From Octopus sinensis (taxonomy: Eukaryota): a DNA stretch of 64,000 nucleotides. The stretch lies in the NCBI RefSeq assembly GCF_006345805.1, contig NC_043009.1:56172001-56236000 (forward strand), written 5' to 3'. The notes beneath the pieces were generated by a model. It was not told the DNA's origin. It saw only the letters and a list, made by a program, of their open reading frames with translations, and did not search any database. This document shows, one piece after another, positions 1 through 11,790 of the stretch (position 1 is its first letter; every line of letters begins with the position of its first letter). Position numbers and translations under genes: made by a program.

Positions 1-393
1 GAGGTATTGTATGTTCGTGAGATGTGCTAAAAATAACAGCTAAATAGGCCTTAAATCACACACCAAAAAATTTCTTTTCTGTTTTTGCATTAACTTATGA
101 ATTCCCCTGTGCAGAATACAAATTCTCAAAAATTTTCTGAAAATTCCAAAAAGCAGAATTCCACCAATATTTCATTTGTTTATAGTTGACAACACCTGTT
201 GTCATGCACAAAATGACAACATTCAAATCCTGTTTTCTGATTGGGTAAAAAAATTATCAAACTTTAGAAGAATATTGGTCCAAATTTGAGGACAACCTAT
301 ATCTGATTCTAAGGGCCTGTCATGCCAAGTTTGAATGTGATTGGTTAACTGGTTTTTGCGTGCATTGGTAACAAACAGAAAAACAAGCAATTT

Positions 394-431
<38 letters not shown>

Positions 432-1666
432 TAGATAGCAGACAGACAAAGATATGCTTTTATTTATCGCTGTTATTTATTCATTTATTTTTTCATCTGA
501 TATTTAATGCTAAGATGAGTTGGATGGGAAGTTCTTTGAGGTAGGATTATACAGCCAGATGTTCTTGTCGTCCACTAACATTTTTGCTGTTCCAGTGGTC
601 TTGAAAAGCTCAGAGCAACTAATATTAATGTTAACAAGGAATGTGAACATAAACTCTTTTTCACAAATGTGCTTATAAATATGGAATATCAACATTCATA
701 CACACTCACATCACTTGTTACATTAATATAGAGGAGAAGTGATGGCTTTCTCTAGCTACTTTATTTGGTTGAATATATTATGATAATAGAAAGAAATTAG
801 AAAGTAAAATGATTAATTACAAAAATGAAATAATAATTATATGAAATATTAGTGGAGAGAAAAGAAGTATGGCAGTGACTGATATATTAGAATGTATAGT
901 ATGGCGAGATATCGATTATTCTTAGTAGTCACAGTTCAGTCATCAGTGAACAGACCTAAGATAAAGGGTGTTCCATTCGTGACTTATCATAGTTATTTGT
1001 GGTATATCATTATCCAATGTTTTATTGTGTCTGGGGAGAGTCATTCTCTTTTAGTGCCTTATTAATTTAACACGCTCTCTGATTTCCACTCATTTACTTA
1101 TTTATTTTTACTAAAGTTTTCTCTGCAACATGCAACCTTTTCAATAGTCGCTGACTTTATCCCGAGTCAGTGACTATTGAAAAGGCTGCAAGTCACAAAG
1201 AAAATTTTATTAAAAATAAATAAGTAAATGAGTGAAAATTGGAGATTGTGTTAAATTAATAAGGCACTAAAAGAGAATGACTCTCCCCAGACAATAAAAT
1301 ATGCTTTAACACACAAATTCACATAAAGAATCTTGCAAACCAAATATAAAAACGAAATTATCCAATGTATCCTTAATTTTTTTAAGATAGTAGAATGTCA
1401 TTAGCTCTCTCTCCCTAAGTCAACATTTTAATGACCTAAAGTTGATGAACCAACTAATGTGCTTCTCCATTTTCTTATTTGCAATATAAATTAATGGTAA
1501 AATATTTCTTTACCTTCACCCATTTAATACAATAGGTAAGTTAATTGCAATGCAATTAAAAACGCTTGTGTATTAATAATTGGATATTATACCAACAGTA
1601 TATTGGATAAATATTATCCCTTAGTGGGTTGGACCCACAACCCCTAACTTTCTTGTTATATATATG

Positions 1667-1912
1667 TCATCATCATCATCATCATCATCGTTTAACGTCC
1701 GTTTTCTGCGCTAGCACGGGTTGGACGGTTTCGACCGGGGTCTGGGGAGCTCGGGACTGCCCCAGGCTCCAGTCTAGTCTGGCAGTGTTTCTACAGCTGG
1801 ATGCCCTTCCTAACGCCAACCACCCCGCGAGTGTAGTGGGTGTTTTTTACGTGCCACCTGCACAGGTGCCAGAGGGGTCTGGCATCGGCCACGTTCGGAT
1901 GGTGCTTTTTAT
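1667..1912 (-). mobile_element. Family C SINE-like retroelement, (ATG)n-tailed, 5' truncated
   Basis: (CAT)n then cgtttaacgtccgttttc...ggatgcccttcctaacgccaaccac. Homologous copies at 2817, 14010, 33485, 38395 and 52035. Confidence 0.8.
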
Positions 1913-2098
1913 GTGGGGGGGGGTGCAGAAATATAGGGGAGCACCAGTGGGGAGGGGTGGTTCAGAGAAATGATGACAGGTTCTAGGCAAGTAGAACGTA
2001 GGATATCGAGAGAGGGGTAATGGTGAAATATCGTATTGAAGAGGGGGGGGGGTTCGAAGAGTAGACACCTATAATGGTGGTGGGAGAAATATATATAT

Positions 2099-2307
2099 AT
2101 GAGGAGGTGCTGAAAAGTTTGTGACTTTAGGTAAAAGAAAACGATTAATTATGATTCTATTCAATGTATTCCCCTCTCAGATTCATACACTTATTGCAGC
2201 AGTCCTTCAGTTTTTCTAAGCCCTATAAGAGAACTCAGAAGATTGGGTTGCCAACCAGGCCATTTGTGAAACCCTTAAAGCCAGGAACTTTTCAGCACCC
2301 TCCCCCC
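2099..2307. mobile_element. Mariner-type MITE (deletion derivative)
   Basis: Inverted termini tatgaggaggtgctgaaaagtttgtgacttt and aaagccaggaacttttcagcaccctc, in a TA context. Confidence 0.7.
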
Positions 2308-2308
2308 A

Positions 2309-2358
<50 letters not shown>

Positions 2359-2541
2359 AAATAGAAAGATGAATAATCTTGTAGTGGATTAATCAAAAGT
2401 TTAACCGATACCTTAGTAGCAAAAATCACAGCAGTGAACAGCACGGTTGGAGGTACAACCATCTGGCGTTGCAACCGTGCGAATGAAATAAAACGATTTC
2501 TGTTCAATCTGCGTTCAGCTCCATTTCTTCAATTCACCAAT

Positions 2542-2586
<45 letters not shown>

Positions 2587-2589
2587 ATA

Positions 2590-2800
2590 TTCTTTTATTC
2601 TTTTAATTGTTTCAGTCATTTGACTGTAGCCATGCTGGAGCACCACCTGAAAGGGTTTTAGTCAAAGAACTCGACCCTAGGACTTATTCTTTGTAACCCT
2701 AGTACTTATTCTATCTCTCTCTTTTGCCAAACGATTAAGTTATGGATACATAAACAAACCAACATCAGTTGTCAAGTGATGGTGGGGCGACGAACACAGA
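2590..2800 (-). mobile_element. Family A SINE, 3' half
   Basis: Reverse complement of the family A tail (ttgtttcagtcatttgactgtagccatgctggagcacc...ttgtcaag). Confidence 0.8.
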
Positions 2801-2816
2801 TGCATAAATGTATATA

Positions 2817-3003
2817 TCATCATCATCATCATCATTTAGCATCCGCTTTCCATGCTAGCACGGGTTGGACGGTTCAACTGGGGTCTGTGAAGCCAGAAGG
2901 CTGCACCAGGCCCAGTCTGATCTGGCCGTGTTTCTACGGCTGGATGCCCTTCCTAACACCAACCACTCCGTGAGTGTAGTGGGTGCTTTTTACGTGCCAC
3001 CCA
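2817..3003 (-). mobile_element. Family C copy, 5' truncated
   Basis: (CAT)n followed by the same body as 1667-1912. Confidence 0.8.
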
Positions 3004-3119
3004 CACTGAAACAAGTAAAAGAAATATATACATACATACACACACATATGCATGTATGTATATATGGGAGAAAATTCCACACGCACATATATCCATTACA
3101 TATAATATATTCTCCCCAG

Positions 3120-3280
3120 AACAGGACTCTAGCCCATCACGGGAGTATTCAGTTTTGCCTGCTGAGTGGACTGGAATAATGTGAAATAAAGTCTTTCACT
3201 CAAAAACACAACACATTGCCCAGTCCAGGAATCAAAATCACAATCTTACAATCATAAGCCCAACAACTTAACCATCTACA
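3120..3280 (-). mobile_element. Family D SINE, partial (head plus core)
   Basis: ctgagtggactggaataatgtgaaataaagtctttcactcaaaaacacaac matches the core of the full copies at 10781 and 22833. Confidence 0.65.
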
Positions 3281-3408
3281 GCAAGACACCTATCTCTGTC
3301 CCTTTATACCTTTAACCTTCCATCAAATGATACAAAGACACCCCATTCAATACTATTCCTCACTTCCAGCTGAGGGGTTTTTGTTTTGCAAGATACTTAG
3401 TGACCCTG

Positions 3409-3640
3409 TCAGTACTGGACCATGTAAAAAGCATCAGTACTGATGCCACTTAAAAAGCACTGCTGATGGTACCTCATAAAAAGTACTGGTATTAGAAAGG
3501 GAATCCAGCCATAGAAATCACGCCAAAACAGACAAGGGAGTCTGGTGTGGTTCACAGCCCTACCATCTCCTGTCAAACCAGCCAACCCATTCCAGCATGG
3601 AAAATGGATATTAAATGGTGACCATGATAATGATGACTCC
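3409..3640 (+). mobile_element. Degraded family C-like element with repeated taaaaagcac units
   Basis: Three taaaaagca-type repeats, an aagggaatccagcc box and the tail ccagcatggaaaatggatattaaatgg. Confidence 0.6.
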
Positions 3641-4327
3641 AGTTTAGGAGGCAGGAGAGCTTGAGGACTGTGTTGTGTACAAAGGCATCCTTTCAAGAGT
3701 TGCACTGCTGATTAGATGCTGCCCAGTTCTTTAGGAATGATTGAGATCCTCAAAGTATTTTAGGGTTGCATTTAAATTTTTTTTTCTTGAACACTTGCTG
3801 TAGAGCTATGGGTGAACTATGTGGAGTACTGAAGACAATGCATTTTTGCAGTGTGTAGTATGATGTTGAGGAACTTAAGTGAAGGGATAGTTTCAGTTCT
3901 TGCCCAGTTATTTTTAATGAGTCAGGAGTAAAGTGTCAGTAATACTGGGAATAATTAGCATAAAATTGGTACAGGTCCTGCTATTGACTAATTTGAAGAG
4001 TCATAGAGCATAAGAGGAGGTAAGTATTGTTTAGTATATAATTGTGTGTTGTATTATGAGGAGACAATGAAGTGCTCAGGTGGCCCAGTAGGTTCAGAGA
4101 CAGTTACGGTTTGGTGGAGAATAGGTTTTGAGGTTAGTGAGATCAAGAATGTTTAGGATCCCTGTGTGTTAGGGTGAAGTGGAAAGAAGTTAGTATAAGG
4201 ATGAGAACTGCAAACGATTTCAGCTTCTGCATTGGCTGTATAATAATGGGATGAATGTGTGACCCGCAAATAGTTGTGAACTTATACATTCCTAGTGCAG
4301 AAGGAGATGTCATAAAAAAAATTACTA

Positions 4328-4729
4328 GGCACAGGAGTGGCTGTGTGGTAAGTAGCTTGCTTACCAACCACATGGTTCCAGGTTCAGTCCCACTGCGTGG
4401 CATCTTGGGCAAGTGTCTTCTGCTACAGCCCCGGGCCGACCAATGCCTTGTGAGTGGATTTGGTAGACGGAAACTGAAAGAAGCCTGTTGTATATATGTA
4501 TATATATATGTATGCGTGTGTCTGTGTTTGTCCCCCTAGCATTGCTTGACAACCGATGCTGATGTGTTTACGCCCCCGTCACTTAGCGGTTCGGCAAAAA
4601 GAGACCGATAGAATAAGTACTGGGCTTACAAAGAATAAGTCCTGGGGTCGATTTGCTTGACTAAAGGCGGTGCTCCAGCATGGCCGCAGTCAAATGACTG
4701 AAACAAGTAAAAGAAGATAAAAGAAGAAA
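4328..4729 (+). mobile_element. Family A tRNA-derived SINE, full length
   Basis: Pol III A box (tggctgtgtgg) and B box (ggttcagtccc), CORE-like ttgggcaagt, a gccttgtgagtggatttggtagacggaaactgaaagaagcc block (resembles the Meta domain from memory, unverified), internal microsatellite, tail actgaaacaagtaaaaga. Confidence 0.88.
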
Positions 4730-4759
4730 GTGGTTGCAGATGTGCAATGAGTAATAAAA

Positions 4760-6130
4760 GGAGAAAATGTATTTTAGAGAATGAGGTAGAGATACCTTGA
4801 GCCAGAGTAACTAGATGTTGTTATTACCTCCTCATGTATAGTTAATCAGGTGTAGAGGAAATTATCATACCTAACAAGGAGACACCATAGAGAGAAGTAA
4901 TTACAGGTGTGTTAAATTACTAGACCAGGTTATGAAAGTTACAGAAAGAGCTATAGCTCTACTAATTAGTTATATTAGAAACAATGCAGTCTGTTTTTGT
5001 GCCAAGGAGAAGGACTCCTGATGTTCTCTTTCAAGCACCTGCACATGTATTTAGCCAAATGTAAACCTCTGTACTTAATATTCATCGACCTAGAAAAATC
5101 TTTTGATAAAAAAGATCCTCTGCTTCCTGATCTACTGGAAACTAGGAGTAGACAAATGGTTGGTGAGAACCATTCAAGCCATATTACAGTGGTGGCTGTC
5201 AGTAAGGTGAAAGATAGCAATAAGTGCAGCAATGAATTCAGTGTGCAGAAAGAAGTTTGCCAGGGCTTGGTTCTTAATCCCTTTAGATTTATCATAGTCC
5301 CCTGATAAATTGCCTGTGGGAACACCTCTGTTCTGATGACTTTATACTTTTAGCTCTGAATGTGCAATAGAATTAGGAATGAAATTCCAGGTGTCGAAGC
5401 AAACCTGGAATCAAAGGGCCATAATTTTAAATTTAGCAAAAATCAAAGTTCTTTTAAGCAGAAAAACTGACAGGATGCCTATTTCTGCAGGACATGTAGA
5501 AAAGGTGTCAGTAGAAATTCCATAGATATACCTAATGCAAACAATGGACTCATAAGAAGTGCAGTGGAATGACAGGAAGGTTGACAAAGAAAATAGACTT
5601 TGTTGTAGAAGATGCGCAAGAACAATAAACACTACTAAGAACACATGCAAAGTCAATTTTTTCAAATGGCCAATAGTATCCTTAAAGGTAATTGATAGTT
5701 TCTGTCACCTAGGTGATCTAAAGTTCAGTGAAATGCAGATTGTATGATGCTTATGTGGGCCTTGAATGCAGAGGACATGCAAAGACAAAAAAGAAATGAA
5801 GCTGGTTATGCTCTGCTGGACGTGCAACATCAGTGTGTATGTCTGACGAAGTGCAAATGTGTCGAGAAAAAATCTTAGGCATAAGAGGCATTAGATTTAG
5901 AGTGCAAGAGAGAAGAGTGCTGGTGTGGTCATGTGATGCATATGGATGAGGACAGCCTGCATAAAGGATTACCGATTGAAGTAGATAGAACCTGTGGAAG
6001 AAGGAAATCCAGGAAGACATGGGATAAAGTAGTGAACAACATCATATTGTTAAAGCCTCACAGAGATGACAAAAGACCAAAATGATTGGCAATACACTGT
6101 GCTTGAGAAAACTTGTCCTCTTCAGCACCA
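4760..6130 (+). mobile_element. Degraded RTE-clade LINE, RT to C-terminus
   Basis: Broken frames give LLDQVMKVTERAI, FIDLEKSFD and VQKEVCQGLVLNPFRFIIV, plus a C-terminal match to the RxRWYGHVxRMDED...GRxRKTW region seen intact at 30776. Confidence 0.8.
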
Positions 6131-6859
6131 ATGAGGTCCTATAAGCTTATTATGTCTATTTCCCTGCACCAAGTTTGTACCAAGCCTTTCCAACAACTCA
6201 TCTTCCTAACACCCATCCCTCCATCACTCTTCTAACTCTGGCACTATTTACTCAACTACTGTAATCATATGAGAGCAGAACTGCACGTATTTCATCTCCA
6301 TTTTGTTATCCCACTTCTTGGAACCACCTCCTTTTGTCATCCATCCCACAATCTCTTACATCATTCTTTTCTTCCACTTCATTTTCCACTGAATACTCTC
6401 TTATATCCACCCACCCACCTTTATTCATCATTCACTATATCCACCCTCCACCTCGGCATAACTCTGACTTCCATCTCTGTCATTGTGCTCTCCCCTCTCA
6501 CCCTCACCACACACTTCACATCATCTCTTTATTTCCGATCTACATTTGGTTTTATTACACTACTGCTCTCCACGTTTTTTTCTGCCACTTATCACCTTCT
6601 CCTCCCTGACTCATATTTCCTTCACCTTCCTCTTTTTCCCAAACTGATATTCACCATTGCCCCTGTCCACCTGAAACATGTAAAGCTTGTTTTCTCTATT
6701 AAGCTTTCTGTGATCTTTGTAACATTTCTTGTGCGTCCACAGTTTACACTGGATGTACCATATGGAATTCCTTTCTGCTCCTTTTCTACATATAGAGCAA
6801 CGCCATTTTTTTCTGATGGAAGTGGGCTTCTGTCTTCTTTCCTACTTATCAATACCCTA

Positions 6860-7858
6860 ATCTCTGCTAAATTCACTTAAGGAACCCTATCAAAGAATCT
6901 TTCCTTGATCAACAAAAGCTTAGCAAGATACTTCTGCAGTCATCCCAACTGGAAGATGGCATCAGTAGTGCTTCTTCCTGGCACAAAATCAAACTACATA
7001 GTATTTACTGTATTTTCTGGCAGACAAGTCAATATAGTATGTAGTGTAAACATTCAAACATAGTCACTATCTTTCCAAATCTTGCTGCATTTCACATTAA
7101 ATATTTGGTCCTCCAAGGTTGTCTTGGTATATATGTCAACCTACCTTTTTTGGTTGTAAATTTTAGTCTGAAAATTTCATCTTGTATGCTGGAAAATACA
7201 GGACATTAATTCTCTTCCTAATCAATTGTGCTATAACTCTTTCTGTAACCTTCATAACTTGGTGTGACACTTGAAAATTTCTGTAGTTTCCCCTCTTTAA
7301 TGCATCATCTTTGCCTCTGTAGCATTTGGTAATGACACTGCTATACCAGTCATTTGGGTATGACATCCTCATGTACTACTTGATTTACTATAAGGTGACC
7401 AGTCTACATCTCATTCTGCCAGAGATTTTTAAGCATCTCTGGTTGTACCTGATGGACCAAGCACCTTTCCTGTCTTCATAACTTTAATTGCTCTTTTCAC
7501 AATACCGCTATCAGCTTGGGTGGCTGGTCCCATAGTTAGGCCTACTTGAAGTAGACTCACCATCTCCCATGCTTTCTCCCCATTATCCATAAATCTCTTG
7601 TAACAACACTTCCATGCTTCTTTCTTTGCATTGTCTGTAAGAGCAAAAACACTGTCCCTTTTTTTAACACACTTTCCCCAATAATGTCTCAGATTTTTCT
7701 CACACTGCCTTGCAATCCAAAATACCACTCACATCTTAGGACATTGACAGACTTTTTACTTTGAGCTTTTACTCTTGATATATTTGTCCTGACAGCTTAA
7801 TTCATTGCTGTTCTTTACTGTCTCTGTTTAGCCTATCTTTCTAAGCTTGTCTCTTATT
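6860..7858 (-). mobile_element. Degraded RTE-clade LINE, linker and N-terminal RT
   Basis: RGNYR..QVMKVTERVIAQLIR (ORF 7163-7372), AIKVMKTGKVLGPSG (ORF 7429-7728) and FDFVPGRSTTDAIF near 6960-7000. Confidence 0.8.
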
Positions 7859-7998
7859 TTTTATGGCAGCAGTCCTCAACCTTTTTTGCACCATGGCTGA
7901 TTTCAAAACAATTTTTTCATTGACCTGGGGATCATATGCATAATAAAACAATAGAATACATAATATATAATTTAATTACTACATATATAATGCATATA

Positions 7999-9211
7999 TA
8001 TCAGATCGTTAAGAATGCAATGTCTAATTTTGAATTGAAAGTTTATTTCACTTTATCTCAACAAAAAGCAAAGCATTAAATCAAAGTATGTACCTAAATT
8101 ACCAACACAATTTTGCCATTTTATCGGTAGCTTATTTATGCTGGCAGCAAAGAATTCTGGAGAGCAAGAGGTGATGAAATCACAAAAGGCTGTTTTTGCA
8201 TCTTCTTCAGGTTTGAAGTTTTTTCCTTGCAAAAAGTTGTCTAATGCCTGGAAAACATGATAGTCAGTTGGTGCAAGGCCTGGTGAATATGGTGGATGAC
8301 AAAGTACTTCCAAGTTCAGTTCCTGTAACTTGGGTAGTGTTCTTTGTGCAACATATGGTTGATCATTGTCTTGCAAGAGAATTGGCCTGTCTCTATTGAC
8401 CAATCTTGGTTGTTTAATTGCGAGTTCACTCATCATTTCATCCAGTTGGTTGATGTATGCATTCGCTGTAATTGACTTACCAGGTCTTGTGAAGCTGTAG
8501 TGGATGACATCAGCACTGGACCACCAAACAGACACTATTAGCTTTTTTTGGTGAATATTCTCGTTTGGATTGTGTTTTGGCACTTTGTCTCTATCCAACT
8601 ATCATGCAGAAGAAAAGAATCCATTTTTCATCACATGTAACAATACGATGCAAAAATGGTTTGCTTTTCTGCCGTGACAGCAAAGAACAGCAAGTTTCAA
8701 GATGATGTGTCATTTGATGCTTGTTCAGTTCATGTGGTACCCACTTGTCCAGCTTCTTTACCTTGCTGATTTGTTTCAGATGGTCCAATACAGTTGGAAT
8801 TGAAGCATCTAACTTTGCTGGTAATTCAAGCATAGTTTGAGATGTAGCCGCTTCCACTACATTTTTCAGCTCACCATTATCCACCTTGGTCCCAGGTCTA
8901 CCACAGGGCTGATTTTCAAGAGTAAAGTCACCAGACTGAATCTTCTCAAACCATTGATGTTTTCAGTTGTCTGGTATGCATTGGTTCCACAACGGAACTC
9001 ATATTCATAAACAACATGAACTTTTGATCTATCTATGGGTTCACAAAAATCGACTTACAAGAGAAAACTCACAATACAATCAAACATCATGAATTGCATT
9101 TCGAAAAGTGAGGATGTAACTCTTCAATGTTGTAAAACAAAGAATTGTCAGGATAAAACATTAGAGTTAACGGCTTTCAAACTTGGACATTTCATTCGCA
9201 ATGACCTGATA
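7999..9211 (-). mobile_element. Mariner transposon (cecropia / Hsmar1-like), near full length
   Basis: TIRs tatcagatcgttaagaatgcaatgtctaattttgaa versus the right-end reverse complement tatcaggtcattgcgaatgaaatgtccaagtttgaa (29/36 identical), TA flanks, transposase inside. Confidence 0.92.
8053..9035 (-). pseudogene. Mariner transposase, frameshifted with an N-terminal deletion
   Basis: KVKKLDKWVPHEL, RIVTCDEKWI, ILLQDN and HPPYSPGLAPTDYHVF motifs split over ORFs 8591-8884 and 8053-8598. The N-terminus DRSKVHVVYEYEFRCG starts with ATA and lacks part of the HTH. Confidence 0.9.
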
Positions 9212-9339
9212 TATATTAAATATATAAGGCAAAAACACTTTGATGACTGTAATAGTTAATAAAATAGAAATAAAATTTTTTAATTTATTTTTTCCAGTAC
9301 TGTCCCACAATCCAGTAGTTGGAGACCCCTGCTTTATGG

Positions 9340-9922
9340 TATTGTCTACAAATTTCTTCCCATTTCATCTTTTTTGGCTAAGACCTTGCCCCAGCCACAG
9401 TTTAGATCTATCACCCTCAACAGGTTGACATTCCCAATTATCCTTTACATTGTTATTTTCTATCTGTGCCTCAGTCTTGTCATCTTAATGTTTCTGAATC
9501 TGTCACTGGTTGTTAGCTCTTTCAGTTTTCATGTCCTCCTTATCCAAGATTACCATCTATCCTTGTGTCCATACTTTAAAGTTTTGATCCTTCTTCATTT
9601 TGTACATCATAGCCAAGTTCTCCATGAAGCATAAGGCAGCAGATCCCTCACACTGTTGACCAATATGTCCGTTAAAATCACTGGTTACAATGATGAAGTT
9701 ACCATTATTTGTTTTGGAGGTGGTGGCCTGCAGAAGAGTTACATAAAAGTAGTCCTACTGTTTATCCAACAGACCTGATTGTGGTGCATAAGCAGAGAGA
9801 AATGCCACTGTTGCGTTGATGAAGAGCAGCTTAATTATTCTATCACACACCCTGACTATACCAATTATCTGAACTATCCATTTCTCTGCTTCTAAGATAC
9901 ACACTCCTACTCTACCAGCTTC

Positions 9923-9967
<45 letters not shown>

Positions 9968-10250
9968 CACACATGTATGTACATGCATACATACATTTGC
10001 TAGAACACTTCATTTGTTTCCCATTATTTGTCCATTAATTCTTATCTTTACCCATGCTTTCATTGATCTCCCACCCTCTTTGTACCTCCAGATTATCTCA
10101 CTTTCTTCTGCAACCATACATCCCACCCTCATACACTCTGCCTGTCTCTCTCTCTCTCTCTCTCTCTTCTCTGTCCATTTATGCAACCTACCTGACATGT
10201 CATCTCTCATCCTTCCGTTTACTGTACCATCCTTTCTATTTTGCTGTCCC
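9340..10250 (-). mobile_element. RTE LINE endonuclease region (continuation of 6860-7858)
   Basis: FLSAYAPQSGL (ORF 9755-9988) and the SDFNGHIG APE motif near 9660-9680, interrupted by microsatellites. Confidence 0.8.
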
Positions 10251-10279
10251 ACACCCCACCCTGCACCATGAGACATCCC

Positions 10280-10600
10280 CCAAATCATAACAGAGGAGTT
10301 CAAGACCAGGTGCTCATAGCTACTCATATTTGATGACCTTGTTTTTCTAACTGAATGTGCAGTAGAATTTGAAAAGGAATCAATCAAGAGACCTCACAGT
10401 AAACATTGAAGTGTTAGTATGTTGGAAAAAATAGGACTCTACTACCATTATAAAGCAGCCATATTCAATATGTAGAAAAGGAGCAGATAGAAATTCATTA
10501 CAGTGCACTCAGAGTAGACTGTGGGTACACAATAGGGAATCATAGGCAAGCAAACAGAGCAGGTAGTTTTTACATATGGCAGGTGCATAGGGGCAATAAT
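10280..10600 (+). mobile_element. RTE LINE RT fragment (YADD region)
   Basis: ITEEFKTRCS*LLIFDDLVFL, a degraded version of TEEFKTGCPWELLYADDLVL. Confidence 0.6.
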
Positions 10601-10629
10601 TACAATGAGCACATGTAAAAATAGGTCTT

Positions 10630-11245
10630 TCTAAGTTTGATCCTTCTTCATTTTCTATACCATGGTCAAAGTCTTCATGAAGTGAATGCATGCAAAACCC
10701 TCACACTGTTGTCCTATATGTCCATTAAAATCGTTAGTTATGACAATGAAGTTATTTGTTTTGGAGGTGGTGGCCTGTGAAAGCACATGGCTCAGTGGTT
10801 AGAGCGTCGAGCTTACGATCATAAGGTTTTGAGCTCGAATCCCAGACCAGGCTGTGTGTTGTGTTCTTGAACAAGACACTTTATTTCATGTTGCTCCAGT
10901 TCACTCAGCTGTAGAAATGAGTTGTGACGTCACAGGTGCCAAGCTGTATCGGCCTTTGCCTTTCCCTTGGATAACACTGGTGGCATGGAGAGGGGATGCC
11001 GGTATGCATGGGCGACTGCTGGTCTTCCATAAATAATCTTGCTCGGACTTGTGCCTGGGAGGGTAACTATCTAGATGCAATCCCATGGTCTGTGTTGTGA
11101 CTGAAGGGGATCTCAGATTGTCTGTCTGTCTGGTGGCCTGTGAGAGAGTTTCATAAAAGTAGATCTACTGTTTATCCAACAGACCTGATTGTAGTGCGTA
11201 AGCAATGATAAATGCCATTGTTGTGTTGATGAAGACCAGTACATG
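10630..11245 (-). mobile_element. Second copy of the RTE endonuclease segment, split by a SINE
   Basis: About 80 percent similar by eye to 9585-9830 (tttgatccttcttcatttt...ttttggaggtggtggcctg...ctactgtttatccaacagacctgattg). Confidence 0.75.
10781..11130 (+). mobile_element. Family D tRNA-derived SINE, full length with TSD
   Basis: A box tggctcagtgg and B box gagctcgaatcc. 13-bp TSD tggtggcctgtga at 10768-10780 and 11131-11143. Confidence 0.9.
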
Positions 11246-11289
11246 GATTGTGTTGATGAAGACTGATGCATGCATTCATCACTGTGGCC

Positions 11290-11790
11290 TGGGAGAATCT
11301 TTGAACACCTCCTTGATCTTGACCATTAGCTTAGCTTTGATGTTGCAGGTGAAATAGTTGCTGTCTTTCTCAACTGCGCTCCAACATAGTAATCCATGAG
11401 ATTACAATCAGGGAAATTAGGAGTCCAGAAATTGGGGTCTGCCGAAGTCATAGAAATTCTCCAACAGCTACTTCTGACTCTTTCCAGAGGTATGACAAGA
11501 AGTCAAATCCTGCTGCCACACATATGGCCTTTGAGCAGCAACCCTCTTGAGCCAGGGGTTAACTACAGTCTCCAGCAACTTCACATAACCATCTGAATTG
11601 AGCCTAAAGCCCTGCTCAAAGATGTAGGGATGAATTCCAGTGTGCAGACAGTCAGAATGCCTGCTTTGTCCCTTCCTGCTGGCCATGGCTTCATAGTCTT
11701 CATAGCAGCTGTCTGTATCACATCTTACAGTCTCTACAGTGTTCACAAGCATTGAGCAGCAATCGTCACGATACAGGTCACTCTTTTCCA
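11290..11790 (-). mobile_element. Tc1/mariner DD37D (maT-like) transposase fossil
   Basis: GFRLNSDGYVKLLETVVNPWLKRVAAQRPYVWQQDLTSCHTSGKSQK followed by a degraded ENFYDF...PD..P..Y.VW segment. Confidence 0.75.

Larger units (their letters stand above)
7867..9331. mobile_element. hAT-type MITE interrupted by a mariner
   Basis: Termini cagcagtcctcaaccttttt and gttggagacccctg. 8-bp flanks ttttatgg (7859-7866) and ctttatgg (9332-9339) match 7/8, as expected for a hAT TSD. Confidence 0.75.

Noticed and set aside
4143-4552. Recurrent ORFs such as MPKMPRSGTEPGTMWLVSKLLTTQP (also at about 19997, 22211, 44758)
   Set aside because: They are antisense translations of the family A SINE head, not a protein family.
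6269-6880. 203-aa ORF on the + strand
   Set aside because: CT-rich low-complexity L/S/H/F/P composition, no domain motif or splice context, and it overlaps the antisense of degraded retroelement sequence.
4760-7858. Idea that the opposite-strand RTE pieces are one element split by an inversion
   Set aside because: The two pieces overlap over several hundred bases of the same RT region and are clearly diverged there, so they are independent copies.
8053-9035. Domesticated SETMAR-like host gene
   Set aside because: Frameshift, N-terminal deletion, ATA in place of the start codon, retained TIRs and no SET exons indicate an ordinary dead transposon.
10781-10860. tRNA gene (A and B boxes; similar heads at 4328, 12728, 35650)
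   Set aside because: No complete cloverleaf or acceptor stem; each continues into a SINE body, and several have TSDs.
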